Shown one piece after another: positions 22,481 through 33,218 of a stretch of DNA of 64,000 bases. A model generated the notes under the pieces. That model saw nothing but the letters and a program-made list of their open reading frames with translations. It made no database searches and was not told the DNA's origin. The stretch covers positions 5,740 to 69,739 of the forward strand of contig JADGRL010000005.1 of assembly GCA_017880865.1 (NCBI GenBank). Reading direction: 5' to 3'. Source of the DNA: Gallionella sp. (GTDB lineage: Bacteria; Pseudomonadota; Gammaproteobacteria; Burkholderiales; Gallionellaceae). Within the stretch, counting starts at the first letter, position 1. Each line of letters begins with the position of its first letter. The position numbers were made by a program, and so were the translations under genes.

Positions 22481-23806
22481 ATGCCACACATGCTCAATCC
22501 AACCATTTACGCCCAACGCCGCGCCCGTCTGCTTCAAACAATGCAGCGCGGCGTCGCCATCATCCCCACCGCGCCGGAAGTGGCGCGCAATGCCGACACG
22601 CATTACGCTTACCGCCACGACAGCAATTTTTATTATCTGACTGGCTTTACCGAACCGGAGGCGGTGCTGGTGCTGGTTGCCAGCCCACGTGAAGGCGGTC
22701 GAACCAAGTCGATTCTGTTTTGCCGCGAGAAAAATCTGGAGCGCGAAATTTGGGACGGTCACCGCGTCGGCCCCGACGCCGCCAAAGACCAATTTGGTTT
22801 TGATGAAACTTATTCGATCGCGCAACTGGATGAAAAACTGGCCGAGCTGATCGGTAACCAGAGCACGTTGTTTTACCCGCTAGGTGATGATGCAGGATGG
22901 GATCAGCGCATCCTCAAGTTGCGCAGTGCAGTACAGGAAAAAATCCGCAGCGGCATCCGCGCCCCGGATGAAATCCGCGACGTGCGCGCGCAGCTGAACG
23001 AAATGCGTTTATTCAAGGATGTGCACGAACTGAACATCATGCGTCGCGCCGCCGAAATTTCCACTACCGCACATCGGCGCGCGATGCGCTTCACCCGTCC
23101 TGACCAATTCGAGTATCAGGTGGAAGCGGAACTGCTGCATGAATTCTGCAGCCATGGCGCGCGCCATCCCGCCTACACCTCCATCGTCGCGGGTGGAGCA
23201 AACGCCTGCGTGCTGCACTATGTGGGGAACAACGCAAAGCTGCGCGACGGCGATCTGCTCCTGATCGACGCGGGCTGCGAACTGGACGGCTACGCCTCGG
23301 ACATCACGCGCACTTTCCCAGTCAATGGAAAATTCAGCGCCGCGCAAAAAGATGTATATGAGATCGTGCTGGCCGCGCAGGCTGCCGCGATCGCCGCCGC
23401 ACTGCCTAACCAGAACTGGGATGCGCCGCACGATGCCGCGTTGCGCGTATTGGCGCAAGGCTTCATTGACCTCAAGTTGTGCCAGGGCAGCGTTGATGCC
23501 GTGCTGGAGAACGAGAGCTACAAAAAATTCTACATGCACCGCACCGGACACTGGTTAGGGATGGACGTGCACGATGTCGGCGATTACAAGGTGGACGATA
23601 AATGGCGCGCGCTGCAACCCGGCATGGTGCTGACCGTCGAGCCCGGCTGCTACATCCGCCCCGCCGATGATGTTCCTATAGCGCTGTGGAACATCGGCAT
23701 CCGCATCGAGGACGATGTGGCGATCACCGAGCTAGGCAATGAAGTGTTGACCATTGCCGCGCCGAAAACGGTCGCGGATATTGAAGAGCTGATGAGGCCA
23801 TCATGA
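22481..23806 (+). CDS. pepP: Xaa-Pro aminopeptidase
   Basis: 'LHY', 'DAGCE...YASDITRT', '[13 protein letters not shown]', 'TVEPGCY', 'IRIEDD'. Confidence 0.96.
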   Translation: MPHMLNPTIYAQRRARLLQTMQRGVAIIPTAPEVARNADTHYAYRHDSNFYYLTGFTEPEAVLVLVASPREGGRTKSILFCREKNLEREIWDGHRVGPDAAKDQFGFDETYSIAQLDEKLAELIGNQSTLFYPLGDDAGWDQRILKLRSAVQEKIRSGIRAPDEIRDVRAQLNEMRLFKDVHELNIMRRAAEISTTAHRRAMRFTRPDQFEYQVEAELLHEFCSHGARHPAYTSIVAGGANACVLHYVGNNAKLRDGDLLLIDAGCELDGYASDITRTFPVNGKFSAAQKDVYEIVLAAQAAAIAAALPNQNWDAPHDAALRVLAQGFIDLKLCQGSVDAVLENESYKKFYMHRTGHWLGMDVHDVGDYKVDDKWRALQPGMVLTVEPGCYIRPADDVPIALWNIGIRIEDDVAITELGNEVLTIAAPKTVADIEELMRPS

Positions 23807-25020
23807 GCATCCAATATGACATCGCGATCATCGGCGGCGGACCGGTCGGCGCCGCGCTCGCACTTGCCTTGCGCGACAGCGGGCTCAAGGTCTGCGTGCT
23901 GGAAGCGCGTTCGGCGAATTCTGGCAGCAAAGATGCGCGCGCCCTCGCCTTGTCCTACGGCAGCCGCCTGTTGCTGGATCGCCTCGGCATCTGGGACGCA
24001 CTGCACGACGTATCGCCAATACGCACGATCCACATTTCTCAACGACTGAGTTTTGGACGCGCCGTGTTGCGCGCCGCCGAGCTGGGCGTGCCGGAATTAG
24101 GTTATGTGCTGCCCTATCCCGCGCTGCAGGACGCATTGACCGATGCGCTGCAACACAGCGATGTTGCACCCATTTACGGCGCGAGCGTCACCGAACTACA
24201 CGACGAAGCGGATCATGCCGTGATCAGCTATCAGCAAAACAAAGTTGAGCACACCCTGCGCGCACGTCTCGCGGTGGTCGCCGACGGCGGCAAACTATTG
24301 GCGCAACAGTTTCCGCCTCGCGTGCGCGACTACGGGCAGAGCGCGCTGATCACCCACATCACTTGCTCTGCACCGCAATCCCCGCAAGGGGGACGCCGTG
24401 GTGTGCCCGGAACCTCCGGTTCCACCCTCACGCAGGCAACTACAGCGTTTGAACGCTTCACCCCGCAAGGCCCGCTGGCGCTGCTGCCGTTCCAGAACGG
24501 TTTTGAGCTGGTATGGACTGCGCCGCACCAGGTCGCACAGGACATGCTGGCTTGGGACGACGAAAAGTTCCTGCGCGAACTTCAACTGCACTTCGGCGAC
24601 CGCGTCGGAGAATTTCTGACCGTCGGCAAGCGCACCTGCTTCCCTCTCGGCTTAAGACGCGCCCCGCATCTGACTCCGATGCCGCACACCGTGCTGCTCG
24701 GCAACGCCGCGCAAACCATGCATCCGGTGGCCGGACAGGGTTTCAACATGGGGCTGCGCGATGCATGGGAACTGGCTCAGGAAATTCTGGATGCATCACC
24801 GGAAACGTTGGGCACCGAGGCGATGCTCAGCGCCTATTGCAGCCATCGCCGCACCGACCGAGAAACGGGGATAAAATTCACCGATGGCTTGGTGCGGCTG
24901 TTCTCCAACGACCTGCCGCTGGTGAGCGCCGCGCGCGCCGCCGCACTCAGCGCGCTGGACTGCTTGCCGTTTGTGAAGAAGTTTGTCGCGAAGCGGATGA
25001 TGTTCGGGGCGAATGGCTAG
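23803..25020 (+). CDS. ubiH: UbiH/VisC-family FAD-dependent hydroxylase carrying an in-frame repeat insertion
   Basis: GGGPVG FAD motif, 'AFERFT..GPLALLP', 'GNAAQTMHPVAGQGFNMGLRD'; follows pepP. Confidence 0.85.
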   Translation: MSIQYDIAIIGGGPVGAALALALRDSGLKVCVLEARSANSGSKDARALALSYGSRLLLDRLGIWDALHDVSPIRTIHISQRLSFGRAVLRAAELGVPELGYVLPYPALQDALTDALQHSDVAPIYGASVTELHDEADHAVISYQQNKVEHTLRARLAVVADGGKLLAQQFPPRVRDYGQSALITHITCSAPQSPQGGRRGVPGTSGSTLTQATTAFERFTPQGPLALLPFQNGFELVWTAPHQVAQDMLAWDDEKFLRELQLHFGDRVGEFLTVGKRTCFPLGLRRAPHLTPMPHTVLLGNAAQTMHPVAGQGFNMGLRDAWELAQEILDASPETLGTEAMLSAYCSHRRTDRETGIKFTDGLVRLFSNDLPLVSAARAAALSALDCLPFVKKFVAKRMMFGANG

Positions 25021-25026
25021 CAGTTA

Positions 25027-25161
25027 GTAGGATGGGTTGAGCGTAGCGATACCCATCAGATACCCATCCAACAAAGTTGGCTTCGCCGGTACTCTTTACG
25101 GGTGCTACCACCGGCGAAGTTGTTTTGATTGTTGGGTATCGCTGCGCTCAACCAAACCTAC
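25027..25161. repeat. REP-like dyad (GTAGGATGGGT family) with nested fragment of another repeat
   Basis: GTAGGATGGGTTGAGCGTAGCGATACCCATC ... GGGTATCGCTGCGCTCAACCAAACCTAC. Confidence 0.85.
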
Positions 25162-25186
25162 GTGCTGCTCACGAGCTTGGCCCCAC

Positions 25187-25951
25187 CTAAAACAACTCCA
25201 CTACCACTGGCGCATGATCCGAAGGCCGCTCCAATTTCCTCGGCACCTTGTCGATCACGCAGCTTTTGCATTGCGCCACCAGCGGTTCGCTGATCAAAAT
25301 ATGGTCGATGCGCACGCCGTGGTTACGGCGGAACGCCATCATCCGGTAGTCCCACCAGGTGAAGGATTTTTCAGCCTGCTCGAACAGGCGAAAGCTGTCG
25401 TGCAAACCGAGCTTGATCAGATTCTGGAGCTGGATACGCTCGGCTTCGCTGACCAGCACGCTGCCTTGCCATGCGACCGGATCATGCACGTCGCGGTCTT
25501 CCGGCGCGATGTTGTAGTCGCCCAGCACCACCAGTTTCGGATAACGCACCAGCTCTTCTCTCAGCCATTCGCGCAACGCGCTGAGCCAGCCCAGTTTGTA
25601 ATAGTACTTGTCGGAATCGACTGTCTGCCCGTTGGGCACATACACGCACACGACCCTCACATCATTCACGGTTGCAGCGATGACGCGCTTCTGCTCGTCG
25701 GCATAATCCGGAATACCATATTGCACATCGCTGAGCGGCACTCGGCTCAGGATCGCCACGCCGTTATAGGTTTTCTGTCCGCTGAATACGCTGTGATAAC
25801 CCGCCGCCTGCAACTCGGCCTGCGGAAAGTCCTCGTCCTGCTGTTTGGTTTCCTGCAGACACAGCACGTCGACAGGATTCGCGGCGAGCCATTCGAGCAC
25901 ATGCGGCAGACGCACTTTCAACGAGTTGACGTTCCATGTCGCCAGTTTCAT
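25187..25951 (-). CDS. xth: Exodeoxyribonuclease III
   Basis: 'ATWNVNS', 'LQETK', 'YNGVAI', 'YVPNG', 'GDYNIAP', 'SDHAPV'. Confidence 0.97.
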   Translation of the reverse strand: MKLATWNVNSLKVRLPHVLEWLAANPVDVLCLQETKQQDEDFPQAELQAAGYHSVFSGQKTYNGVAILSRVPLSDVQYGIPDYADEQKRVIAATVNDVRVVCVYVPNGQTVDSDKYYYKLGWLSALREWLREELVRYPKLVVLGDYNIAPEDRDVHDPVAWQGSVLVSEAERIQLQNLIKLGLHDSFRLFEQAEKSFTWWDYRMMAFRRNHGVRIDHILISEPLVAQCKSCVIDKVPRKLERPSDHAPVVVELF

Positions 25952-26502
25952 TGCGCGGCGGGCACAGCCGGAACTGTTTGGCCTTCACTGACTGGAGGTG
26001 TTGCGGGAGATTTGGGCGGCGCGCTGCGTTGACGGTAGCTTGCAGTCTTTGGGTAGCCCGCCACATCGAGTTCGCTGTTCCATGCGGATTCTGAAAATCC
26101 GCCGAGGTAAGCCTTGCCTACCTGCAAAGCAGGTGAATTCATGCTGCCCGATAATTTCTGGAATGCTTCGATCTCGCTTTTGGTCTTCAGCAGCTTTTCG
26201 CTGAACGGCACACCGCGTTTGTTCAACAAACTGCGCGCCTGATCACACGGCTGTCCACAAACTTCACCAACATACAAGGTGACCGGAAAATTCTGCTGCG
26301 CGCGCTGCGTTTCATAAGGCAAATCCGCATTCTGCGACACATCACTCGAAAGTTTCATGCGCTCGACATCGGTAATATCCGTAGGTGGGACATCACTATA
26401 ATGCACCATGCCCGCCTTATCTACCCAGCGAAATAACTCGCCCGCTTGCGCACCCGATTGCATGATCACCAGACAAGCCAACAACTGTACGAGGTGTTTC
26501 AT
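25948..26502 (-). CDS. Exported DUF4124 + glutaredoxin-like protein
   Basis: Signal peptide, 'LFRWVDKAGMVHYSDVPP', 'VTLYVGEVCGQPCDQAR' CxxxC. Confidence 0.8.
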   Translation of the reverse strand: MKHLVQLLACLVIMQSGAQAGELFRWVDKAGMVHYSDVPPTDITDVERMKLSSDVSQNADLPYETQRAQQNFPVTLYVGEVCGQPCDQARSLLNKRGVPFSEKLLKTKSEIEAFQKLSGSMNSPALQVGKAYLGGFSESAWNSELDVAGYPKTASYRQRSAPPKSPATPPVSEGQTVPAVPAAQ

Positions 26503-26520
26503 TTTTCCTCCTTAAGAAGT

Positions 26521-28593
26521 TTAAAGTAATCCATTATGCCGCAACAACGCGTCCATGTCGGGCTCGCGACCGCGGAATGCTTCAAACGATTGCATCGCTC
26601 CGCGACTGCCGCCCACCGCCAGTATCTCGCTGCGAAAGCGCGCGCCGACATCGGGATTGAGCACGCCGTTCTCTTCGAACAGGCTGTAGGCATCGGCCGA
26701 CAGCACCTCCGCCCACTTGTAGCTGTAATAGCCCGCCGCATACCCACCGGAGAAGATGTGCGAGAAGCTGTGCGGAAAGCGATGGAACGCGGGCGGGATC
26801 AGCACAGCGACTTCTGCGCGCACTTCATCGAGCAATTGCAAAATGCTCTTGCCGCCGCCCGCCTCGAAAGCACTGTGCATCAGCATGTCGAACAGCGAAA
26901 ATTCGATCTGGCGCAAGGTCTGCAAACCGCTCTGGAAATTCTTCGCGGCGAGCATTTTGTCGAACAGCGCGCGCGGCAGCGCTTCACCCGTTTCAACATG
27001 GCGCGTCATACCGTGCACCACGTCCCATTCCCAGCAAAAGTTTTCCATGAACTGACTGGGCAACTCGACCGCATCCCATTCCACGCCGTTGATGCCGGAT
27101 ACGCCGAGGTCTTCCACTTCGGTGAGCAGGTGGTGTAGGCCGTGACCGAATTCGTGAAACAAGGTGATGACTTCATCATGTGTAAAGACGGCTGGTTTTC
27201 CGCCGACCGGGGCAGAAAAGTTGCAGTTCAAGTAAGCGACCGGGGTTTGAATTCCGGTACCAAGTCGGCGGCGCGTGATCACGTCGTCCATCCAGGCCCC
27301 GCCGCGCTTGCTGTTGCGCGCATACATATCGAGATAGAACTGGCCGACCAGTTGCTCGCGGTCGTCGCGAATATCGAAGAAGCGCACATCGTCATGCCAC
27401 ACCGGAGCATTAGCCGCCTTTATTTTCAGACCATACAGCGTCTCGACCAGCTTGAACATGCCGGGCAGCACCGCATCTTCGGGGAAGTACTGTTTCACCT
27501 CCTGCTCGGAAAAAGCATAGCGTTGCTCGCGCAATTTTTCGCTGGCATAGCCCACGTCCCAGGATTGCAGACCTGTCCTGAGCCCTTCGACTACGCTCAG
27601 GACAGGCTCAGCCGAATGGTCCGAAATTCCCAGTTCGGTGCGCGCGAATTCGCGCAACTCGGACAAATCTTTTTCAGCGAAGGGCCGCGCGCGCTGCGCC
27701 AGCTCGCGCATGAACTCGACCACCTGTTGCGGCGAGTTCGCCATCTTGCTCGCCAGCGACAATTCGCCAAAGTTGGCAAAGCCCAATAACCGTGCCTCTT
27801 CGCCGCGCAGCTGGACGATTTCATCCATCAGCTTGGTGTTATCCCATTCGGGTTTACCGAACTCGCTGGCGCGCGTGCCGCTCGCCCGATACAATTTTTC
27901 GCGCAAGTCGCGGTTGTCGGCGTATTGCATCACCGGGCCGTACGAGGGCGCTTTCAGCGTGAACATCCAGCCGCTCTTACCCGCTGCTTGTGCGGCTTCC
28001 TGCGCCGCCTGCAGCACATCTTCCGGCAAGCCGGAAAGCTCTTTCTCGTTCTCGATCACCAGCGTGTAGTCGTTGGTGGCATCGAGCAGGTTGTCGGAAA
28101 AGCGAGACGACAATTCGGCCAGACGCTCCTGAATTTCCAGGTAGCGTGCCTTCTGCGCGTCCGGCAACTCTGCACCGCCGAGTCTGAAATCCCTTAACTC
28201 GTTCTCGATGATCTTCTTGCGCGCCGCGCTCAGCCCCGCGAATTCAGGGCTGTTGCGCAACGCCTTGAATTTATCGAACAGCGCGAGGTTTTGGCCCAGC
28301 TCGGCATAATATTGAGTGATCACCGGCAACGTGGCGTTATACGCCTCGCGCAATTCGGGACTGTTCATCACCGCATTCAAATGCCCGACCGGCCCCCAGG
28401 CGCGCGACACCCGCTCGTTGGCATCTTCCATCGACATGACGAAATTCTGCCAGGTGGGTTGCGCGCTATCGCTCAACAGCCGCGCAACCAGCGCGCGGTT
28501 TTCCGCAAGCAGTTGTTCGATCGCGGGAGCGATGTGTTCGGGTTTGATCTGCGCAAAGCGTGGCAGGCCGGTAAAATCTAATAATGGATTCAT
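26521..28593 (-). CDS. prlC: Oligopeptidase A (M3) carrying an in-frame repeat insertion
   Basis: 'MNPLLDF', HEFGH zinc motif, 'WDAVELPSQ', 'GYYSYKWAEVL'. Confidence 0.96.
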   Translation of the reverse strand: MNPLLDFTGLPRFAQIKPEHIAPAIEQLLAENRALVARLLSDSAQPTWQNFVMSMEDANERVSRAWGPVGHLNAVMNSPELREAYNATLPVITQYYAELGQNLALFDKFKALRNSPEFAGLSAARKKIIENELRDFRLGGAELPDAQKARYLEIQERLAELSSRFSDNLLDATNDYTLVIENEKELSGLPEDVLQAAQEAAQAAGKSGWMFTLKAPSYGPVMQYADNRDLREKLYRASGTRASEFGKPEWDNTKLMDEIVQLRGEEARLLGFANFGELSLASKMANSPQQVVEFMRELAQRARPFAEKDLSELREFARTELGISDHSAEPVLSVVEGLRTGLQSWDVGYASEKLREQRYAFSEQEVKQYFPEDAVLPGMFKLVETLYGLKIKAANAPVWHDDVRFFDIRDDREQLVGQFYLDMYARNSKRGGAWMDDVITRRRLGTGIQTPVAYLNCNFSAPVGGKPAVFTHDEVITLFHEFGHGLHHLLTEVEDLGVSGINGVEWDAVELPSQFMENFCWEWDVVHGMTRHVETGEALPRALFDKMLAAKNFQSGLQTLRQIEFSLFDMLMHSAFEAGGGKSILQLLDEVRAEVAVLIPPAFHRFPHSFSHIFSGGYAAGYYSYKWAEVLSADAYSLFEENGVLNPDVGARFRSEILAVGGSRGAMQSFEAFRGREPDMDALLRHNGLL

Positions 28594-28677
28594 AGTTTGC
28601 TCTGAGAAATATCCGGAGTCCCTATACATGAGATGTAATAGGACTCCAGAAAAGGTTACGTGAGTTTTGACGCGAAC

Positions 28678-29952
28678 TTAATTTTGATAAACCAGCTGAC
28701 CGTCCACCAGCGTGTAGCGCACTTTGCCCTGTACTTCGAGGCCATTGAACGGCGTGTTCTTGCCTTGGCTCTTCAGCGCACCGGGTTCAACTTTCCAATA
28801 CGTGTCCGGATCGAACACGCACACATCGGCAGCCGCACCGACGCTCAAATGGCCTGCATCCAGACCCAATATGCACGCGGGTTGCAGCGTGGCTTTGGCG
28901 AGCGCAGCAGAGAGCGAAATTTTGTCTTGCTGCGCCCACTTCAACACCAGCGGCAGCAGCAGTTCCAGCCCGGTCGCACCCGCTTCCGCTTCGGCGAACG
29001 GCAGCTGCTTGGCATCCTCGTCGACCGGCGCGTGGTTGGAGCAGATCGCGTCTATCGTGCCGTCGAGCAATCCGGCGCGCAGTGCGGTGCGGTCGCGCAG
29101 ACTGCGCAGCGGCGGAACCAGATGGCAATTCGGATCGAAAAAACCGATGTCCATTTCGGACAGGTGCACATGATTCATCGAGACATCAGAGGTCACCGCC
29201 AGCCCTTGCTTTTTAGCGGCGCGGATCATCTCGACGCCCGCCGCGCTGGAGACACGGCAGATGTGCAGCTTCACGCCGGTCTCGCGAGCCAGCGTCAGCA
29301 TCGTGGAAAGCGCGATGGTTTCGGCGCACACCGGGATGGCTGGCAAACCGCAACGTGTCGCCACCTCGCCGTCATGCGCCACGCCGTTTTTGGCGAGAAA
29401 ACTGTCCTGCGGGCGCAGCCAGACACTGAAGCCGAAGGTCGCGGCATATTGCATCGCGCGCATCAGCACGCGTGTGTCGGTGAGCGGCGCATCGGCCTGA
29501 CTGAACGCGACGCAACCGGCATCCGCCAGTTCGGCCATTTCGGTCAGCTCCTGTCCCTTCAGTCCCGTTGTCAGCGCGGCGACCGGATAAACGCGCGCCT
29601 GATTCAGGTTGCGCGCGCGGTGCTTGAGCATCTCCACCAGACCCGGTTCGTCCAGCGGCGGATCGGTGTCGGGCGGACACGCGAGGCTGGTGATGCCGCC
29701 CGCGACCGCCGCTTCCATTTCCGATTCCAGCGTCGCCATGTATTCATAGCCTGGTTCGCGCAAGCGGGCCGCCAGATCGATCAGGCCAGGTGCGACAATC
29801 AGCCCGCTCGCATCGATCACCTTGTCCGCTGAAAAACCTGCCAGCACCTTACCGACGGACGCAATCTTTCCCGCCACGATGAACACGTCATGTTGTGCGT
29901 CGATGTTGTTTTTCGGGTCGATCAGGCGCCCGTTTTTGATATGGATATTCAT
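28678..29952 (-). CDS. pyrC: Dihydroorotase-like protein, probably the inactive PyrC' subunit of ATCase
   Basis: Amidohydrolase fold, but '[10 protein letters not shown]' lacks the HxH metal ligands; follows pyrB. Confidence 0.85.
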   Translation of the reverse strand: MNIHIKNGRLIDPKNNIDAQHDVFIVAGKIASVGKVLAGFSADKVIDASGLIVAPGLIDLAARLREPGYEYMATLESEMEAAVAGGITSLACPPDTDPPLDEPGLVEMLKHRARNLNQARVYPVAALTTGLKGQELTEMAELADAGCVAFSQADAPLTDTRVLMRAMQYAATFGFSVWLRPQDSFLAKNGVAHDGEVATRCGLPAIPVCAETIALSTMLTLARETGVKLHICRVSSAAGVEMIRAAKKQGLAVTSDVSMNHVHLSEMDIGFFDPNCHLVPPLRSLRDRTALRAGLLDGTIDAICSNHAPVDEDAKQLPFAEAEAGATGLELLLPLVLKWAQQDKISLSAALAKATLQPACILGLDAGHLSVGAAADVCVFDPDTYWKVEPGALKSQGKNTPFNGLEVQGKVRYTLVDGQLVYQN

Positions 29953-30905
29953 GCTGTTGTCCCCGCCAGAATACTCATCACAGCCATGCGCACCGCGATG
30001 CCGAATGTCACCTGAGACAGGATCACCGAATGCGCGCCGTCGGCCACGCTCGAATCGATCTCCACGCCGCGATTCATCGGGCCCGGATGCATCACGATCG
30101 CATCCGGTTTCGCATACGCCAGCTTCTCCTGGGTCAGTCCATAATATTTGAAATATTCCTGCGCTGAAGGCAATGCCGCACCCTGCATGCGTTCATGCTG
30201 CAGGCGCAGCATCAGCACCACATCCACATCACGCAAGCCCTGCGCCATGTCGTGATAGACCCGCACGCCCAGATTCTCTACCATCGTCGGCAGCAGCGTC
30301 TTCGGCGCGATGACGCGCACTTCCGGCACGCCCAGCGTGGTCAGCGCGTGGATCTGCGAGCGCGCGACGCGCGAATGCAGCACGTCGCCGACGATCGCGA
30401 CGCGCAGATTGTGGAATTCTTTTTTGTAGTGGCGGATCGTGAACATGTCCAGCAGCGCCTGGGTGGGATGGGCATGGCGACCGTCACCGGCATTGATGAC
30501 ATGGATCTCGGGTGCAACATGGCGCGCGATGAAATGCGCCGCACCGCTTTGCGCATGGCGCACCACGAACATGTCGGCATGCATCGCGCACAGGTTGTCC
30601 ACGGTATCGAGCAGCGTCTCGCCCTTGCTGGTCGAAGATGAACCGATGTTCAGATTGACCACATCCGCAGACAGGCGTTTGGCGGCGATCTCGAACGTGG
30701 TGCGCGTGCGGGTGCTGTTTTCGAAAAACACGTTGAACACCGATTTGCCATGCAGCAGCGGCACCTTCTTGATCTCGTGGCCTTCGGCGACATCTAAAAA
30801 AGTCGCGGCTTTGTCGAGAATGTTGCGCACGATGCCCGCCGGCAGACCCTCGGTCGTCAGCAGGTGCTGGAGTTCACCGTGTTTATTGAGTTGAGGATTG
30901 TTCAT
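29949..30905 (-). CDS. pyrB: Aspartate carbamoyltransferase catalytic subunit
   Basis: 'FENSTRTR', '[16 protein letters not shown]', 'LRLQHER', 'HPGPMNRG'. Confidence 0.98.
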   Translation of the reverse strand: MNNPQLNKHGELQHLLTTEGLPAGIVRNILDKAATFLDVAEGHEIKKVPLLHGKSVFNVFFENSTRTRTTFEIAAKRLSADVVNLNIGSSSTSKGETLLDTVDNLCAMHADMFVVRHAQSGAAHFIARHVAPEIHVINAGDGRHAHPTQALLDMFTIRHYKKEFHNLRVAIVGDVLHSRVARSQIHALTTLGVPEVRVIAPKTLLPTMVENLGVRVYHDMAQGLRDVDVVLMLRLQHERMQGAALPSAQEYFKYYGLTQEKLAYAKPDAIVMHPGPMNRGVEIDSSVADGAHSVILSQVTFGIAVRMAVMSILAGTTA

Positions 30906-31354
30906 ACGATTATTCCCGCTGCGGGTTCATCAAAGTAGGCCTGCAAGATTTGTTGTGCCGCATATTGGTCGATCAAGGTTTTTTGCTGCCGGCCGCGTAT
31001 GCCCTCTTCGTTCAGCTGCGCGCTCGCGGCGAGCGAAGTATAACGCTCATCAACCAGAATCGTAGTCAAATTAAACCGCCCTTTGAGACGGTTGGCGAAA
31101 CGGCGGCACAGCGCGGTCAACTCATGCGGCGTGCCGTCGTCGTTGCTCGGCAGACCCACCACCAGCGCGCTGGGCTGCCACTCTTTTAACAATGCCTCGA
31201 TCTTGGCAAATCGCGTATCGGTCTTTTCATCGTTGATAGTAGTCAGCGGATTGGCGCGGCGCAACAAGTTATTACCGACCGCGATGCCGATGCGTTTGGT
31301 GCCAAAATCGAATGCGAGGAGCGTACCTTCAGGGATAAAAGCTGAAGTTAACAT
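30902..31354 (-). CDS. ruvX: Holliday junction resolvase-like / pre-16S rRNA nuclease YqgF
   Basis: '[15 protein letters not shown]', 'VVGLP', 'DERYTS', 'D..AAQQIL'. Confidence 0.95.
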   Translation of the reverse strand: MLTSAFIPEGTLLAFDFGTKRIGIAVGNNLLRRANPLTTINDEKTDTRFAKIEALLKEWQPSALVVGLPSNDDGTPHELTALCRRFANRLKGRFNLTTILVDERYTSLAASAQLNEEGIRGRQQKTLIDQYAAQQILQAYFDEPAAGIIV

Positions 31355-31366
31355 CACCACTTCTTC

Positions 31367-31491
31367 ATTCCAATTCCATTTCGAAGGTCAAACAAGGCGG
31401 CGACAAGCGAACGACGCAGACAGTGCTACTGGCACGGCCAGGAGTGAGCGAGGAAGCCAACGCAGTTTCACCGATAAAATGGAATTGGAAT
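31367..31491. mobile_element. MITE-like 125-bp element
   Basis: Perfect 15-bp terminal inverted repeats ATTCCAATTCCATTT / AAATGGAATTGGAAT between yqgE and yqgF. Confidence 0.6.
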
Positions 31492-32051
31492 CAGGCATGT
31501 CCGGCATCCTCCATCAGCGTGGCATAACTCACTCCCAGCAAATCCATCGCCGCCGCAAGCCGCTCTTCGGGCGGCAAGTCGAACAAAATGTGTTCGGAAG
31601 CCGGCACGGTCAGCCAGATATTCTCGGCGACTTCGTGTTCCAGCTGCCCCTGATCCCAACCCGCGTAGCCCAGCGTGACAATCACGTTACGCGGTCCCTG
31701 TCCCATCCCCATCGCCTCTAGAATGTCCTTGGACGTAGTCAGTGCCAGCTTGTCGTTGATGCGCAATGTGGACTGCCAGTTACCCAGCGTGTCGTGCAAC
31801 ACGAAGCCGCGTTCGGTTTGCACCGGCCCACCAAAATACACCGGCATTTTCACGAGTTTCGGCTGGTGTAATGGAATACTGATCTGGTCGAACATCTCGC
31901 CCATCGTAAGACTGATCGGGCGATTCACCACGATGCCCAACGCGCCGTTCTCGTTGTGCTCGCAAATATAAGTCAGCGTGCCGGCAAAAAGCCCTTCCTG
32001 CATGGCAGGCATGGCAATCAGAAAATGATGGGTCAAATTGAATTCAGGCAT
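31491..32051 (-). CDS. yqgE: YqgE/AlgH family protein
   Basis: 'HFLIAMP', '[12 protein letters not shown]', '[13 protein letters not shown]', 'LGYAGW..GQLE.E'. Confidence 0.93.
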   Translation of the reverse strand: MPEFNLTHHFLIAMPAMQEGLFAGTLTYICEHNENGALGIVVNRPISLTMGEMFDQISIPLHQPKLVKMPVYFGGPVQTERGFVLHDTLGNWQSTLRINDKLALTTSKDILEAMGMGQGPRNVIVTLGYAGWDQGQLEHEVAENIWLTVPASEHILFDLPPEERLAAAMDLLGVSYATLMEDAGHA

Positions 32052-32104
32052 GCTGGTATTGTAACTGTCCGCGTCCCGCCGCACAATTTGAATCAAAGGA
32101 ACCT

Positions 32105-33178
32105 CTAGCTATGGTGCAATGACAGGTATTCCATAGTCCGGCGCGCAATATGCTGCAACGGCAAAATTTCGGACACGGCGCCTGCCGCAATCGCCTCTTT
32201 GGGCATACCAAAAACCACACAGCTCGCCTCGTCCTGCGCAATGGTGTGTGAACCCGCCTGTTTCATTTCCAGCAAACCGTGCACGCCGTCTTTTCCCATG
32301 CCGGTCAGAATAATGCCCAGCGCGTTGGCTCCGGCCACATTGGCCGCCGAACGAAACAGCACATCGACCGACGGGCGATGACGATTCACCAACGGCCCCT
32401 GACTCAAATCGACGATATAGCGTGCTCCACTGCGCTTGAGCAGCAGATGCGAATGTCCCGGTGCAATGTATGCATAGCCCGGCAGAATCCGCTCGTTATG
32501 CTCGGCTTCCTTGACCGAAATCTTGCACAAGGTATTTAACCGGTCTGCAAACGACTTGGTGAAATGTTCCGGCATATGTTGAGTCACCAGCACACCCGGC
32601 GCATCCGCAGGCAATTTGGTCAATATCTCTTTAATCGCCTCGGTACCGCCGGTTGATGCGCCGATGACGATCAATTTTTCAGTGGAAGAAAAACGCCCCG
32701 CAAAGCTGGGCAAAATCGCATCCGCAGAAAGACTTTCCTGAACTACCGGCGACATTAATCTTTTGCGCACCCGGGCCTGTGAAACCGCGCGGATTTTATC
32801 GGCAATCTCGATGGCATAGTCTTCCATGCCCCGGACAATATCCAGTTTTGGTTTGGAAACGAAATCCACCGCGCCCAATTCCAGCGCGCGAAAGGTGATA
32901 TCAGAGCCTCTTTCCGTCAGCGTGGAAACCATCAGCACCGGCATCGGGCGCAAACGCATCAGGCGCTCGAGAAAATCCAGCCCATCCATCTTGGGCATTT
33001 CCACATCCAGCGTCAGCACGTCCGGATTAAGCGCCTTGATCATCTCGCGCGCGACCAGCGGATCGGGTGCCGCGCCCACGCACTCCATATCATGTTCGCG
33101 ATTGATGATCTCCTTCATCACGCCGCGAATCAGCGCGGAGTCATCGATCACCAGCACTTTAATTTTATGGTTTTTCAT
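32105..33178 (-). CDS. cheB: Chemotaxis methylesterase CheB
   Basis: Receiver domain (LTLDVEMP) plus 'GASTGG', 'QHMP', 'HRPSVD', 'LTGMGKDG'. Confidence 0.97.
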   Translation of the reverse strand: MKNHKIKVLVIDDSALIRGVMKEIINREHDMECVGAAPDPLVAREMIKALNPDVLTLDVEMPKMDGLDFLERLMRLRPMPVLMVSTLTERGSDITFRALELGAVDFVSKPKLDIVRGMEDYAIEIADKIRAVSQARVRKRLMSPVVQESLSADAILPSFAGRFSSTEKLIVIGASTGGTEAIKEILTKLPADAPGVLVTQHMPEHFTKSFADRLNTLCKISVKEAEHNERILPGYAYIAPGHSHLLLKRSGARYIVDLSQGPLVNRHRPSVDVLFRSAANVAGANALGIILTGMGKDGVHGLLEMKQAGSHTIAQDEASCVVFGMPKEAIAAGAVSEILPLQHIARRTMEYLSLHHS

Positions 33179-33218
33179 ATTCACTCTTATTCAGACCATC
33201 GGCTTGTACAGACTTTTA

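Noticed and set aside
22678-22710. Possible small repeat insertion in pepP ('SPREGGRT')
   Set aside because: No clear match to the other elements and no strong hairpin; could be ordinary loop variation.
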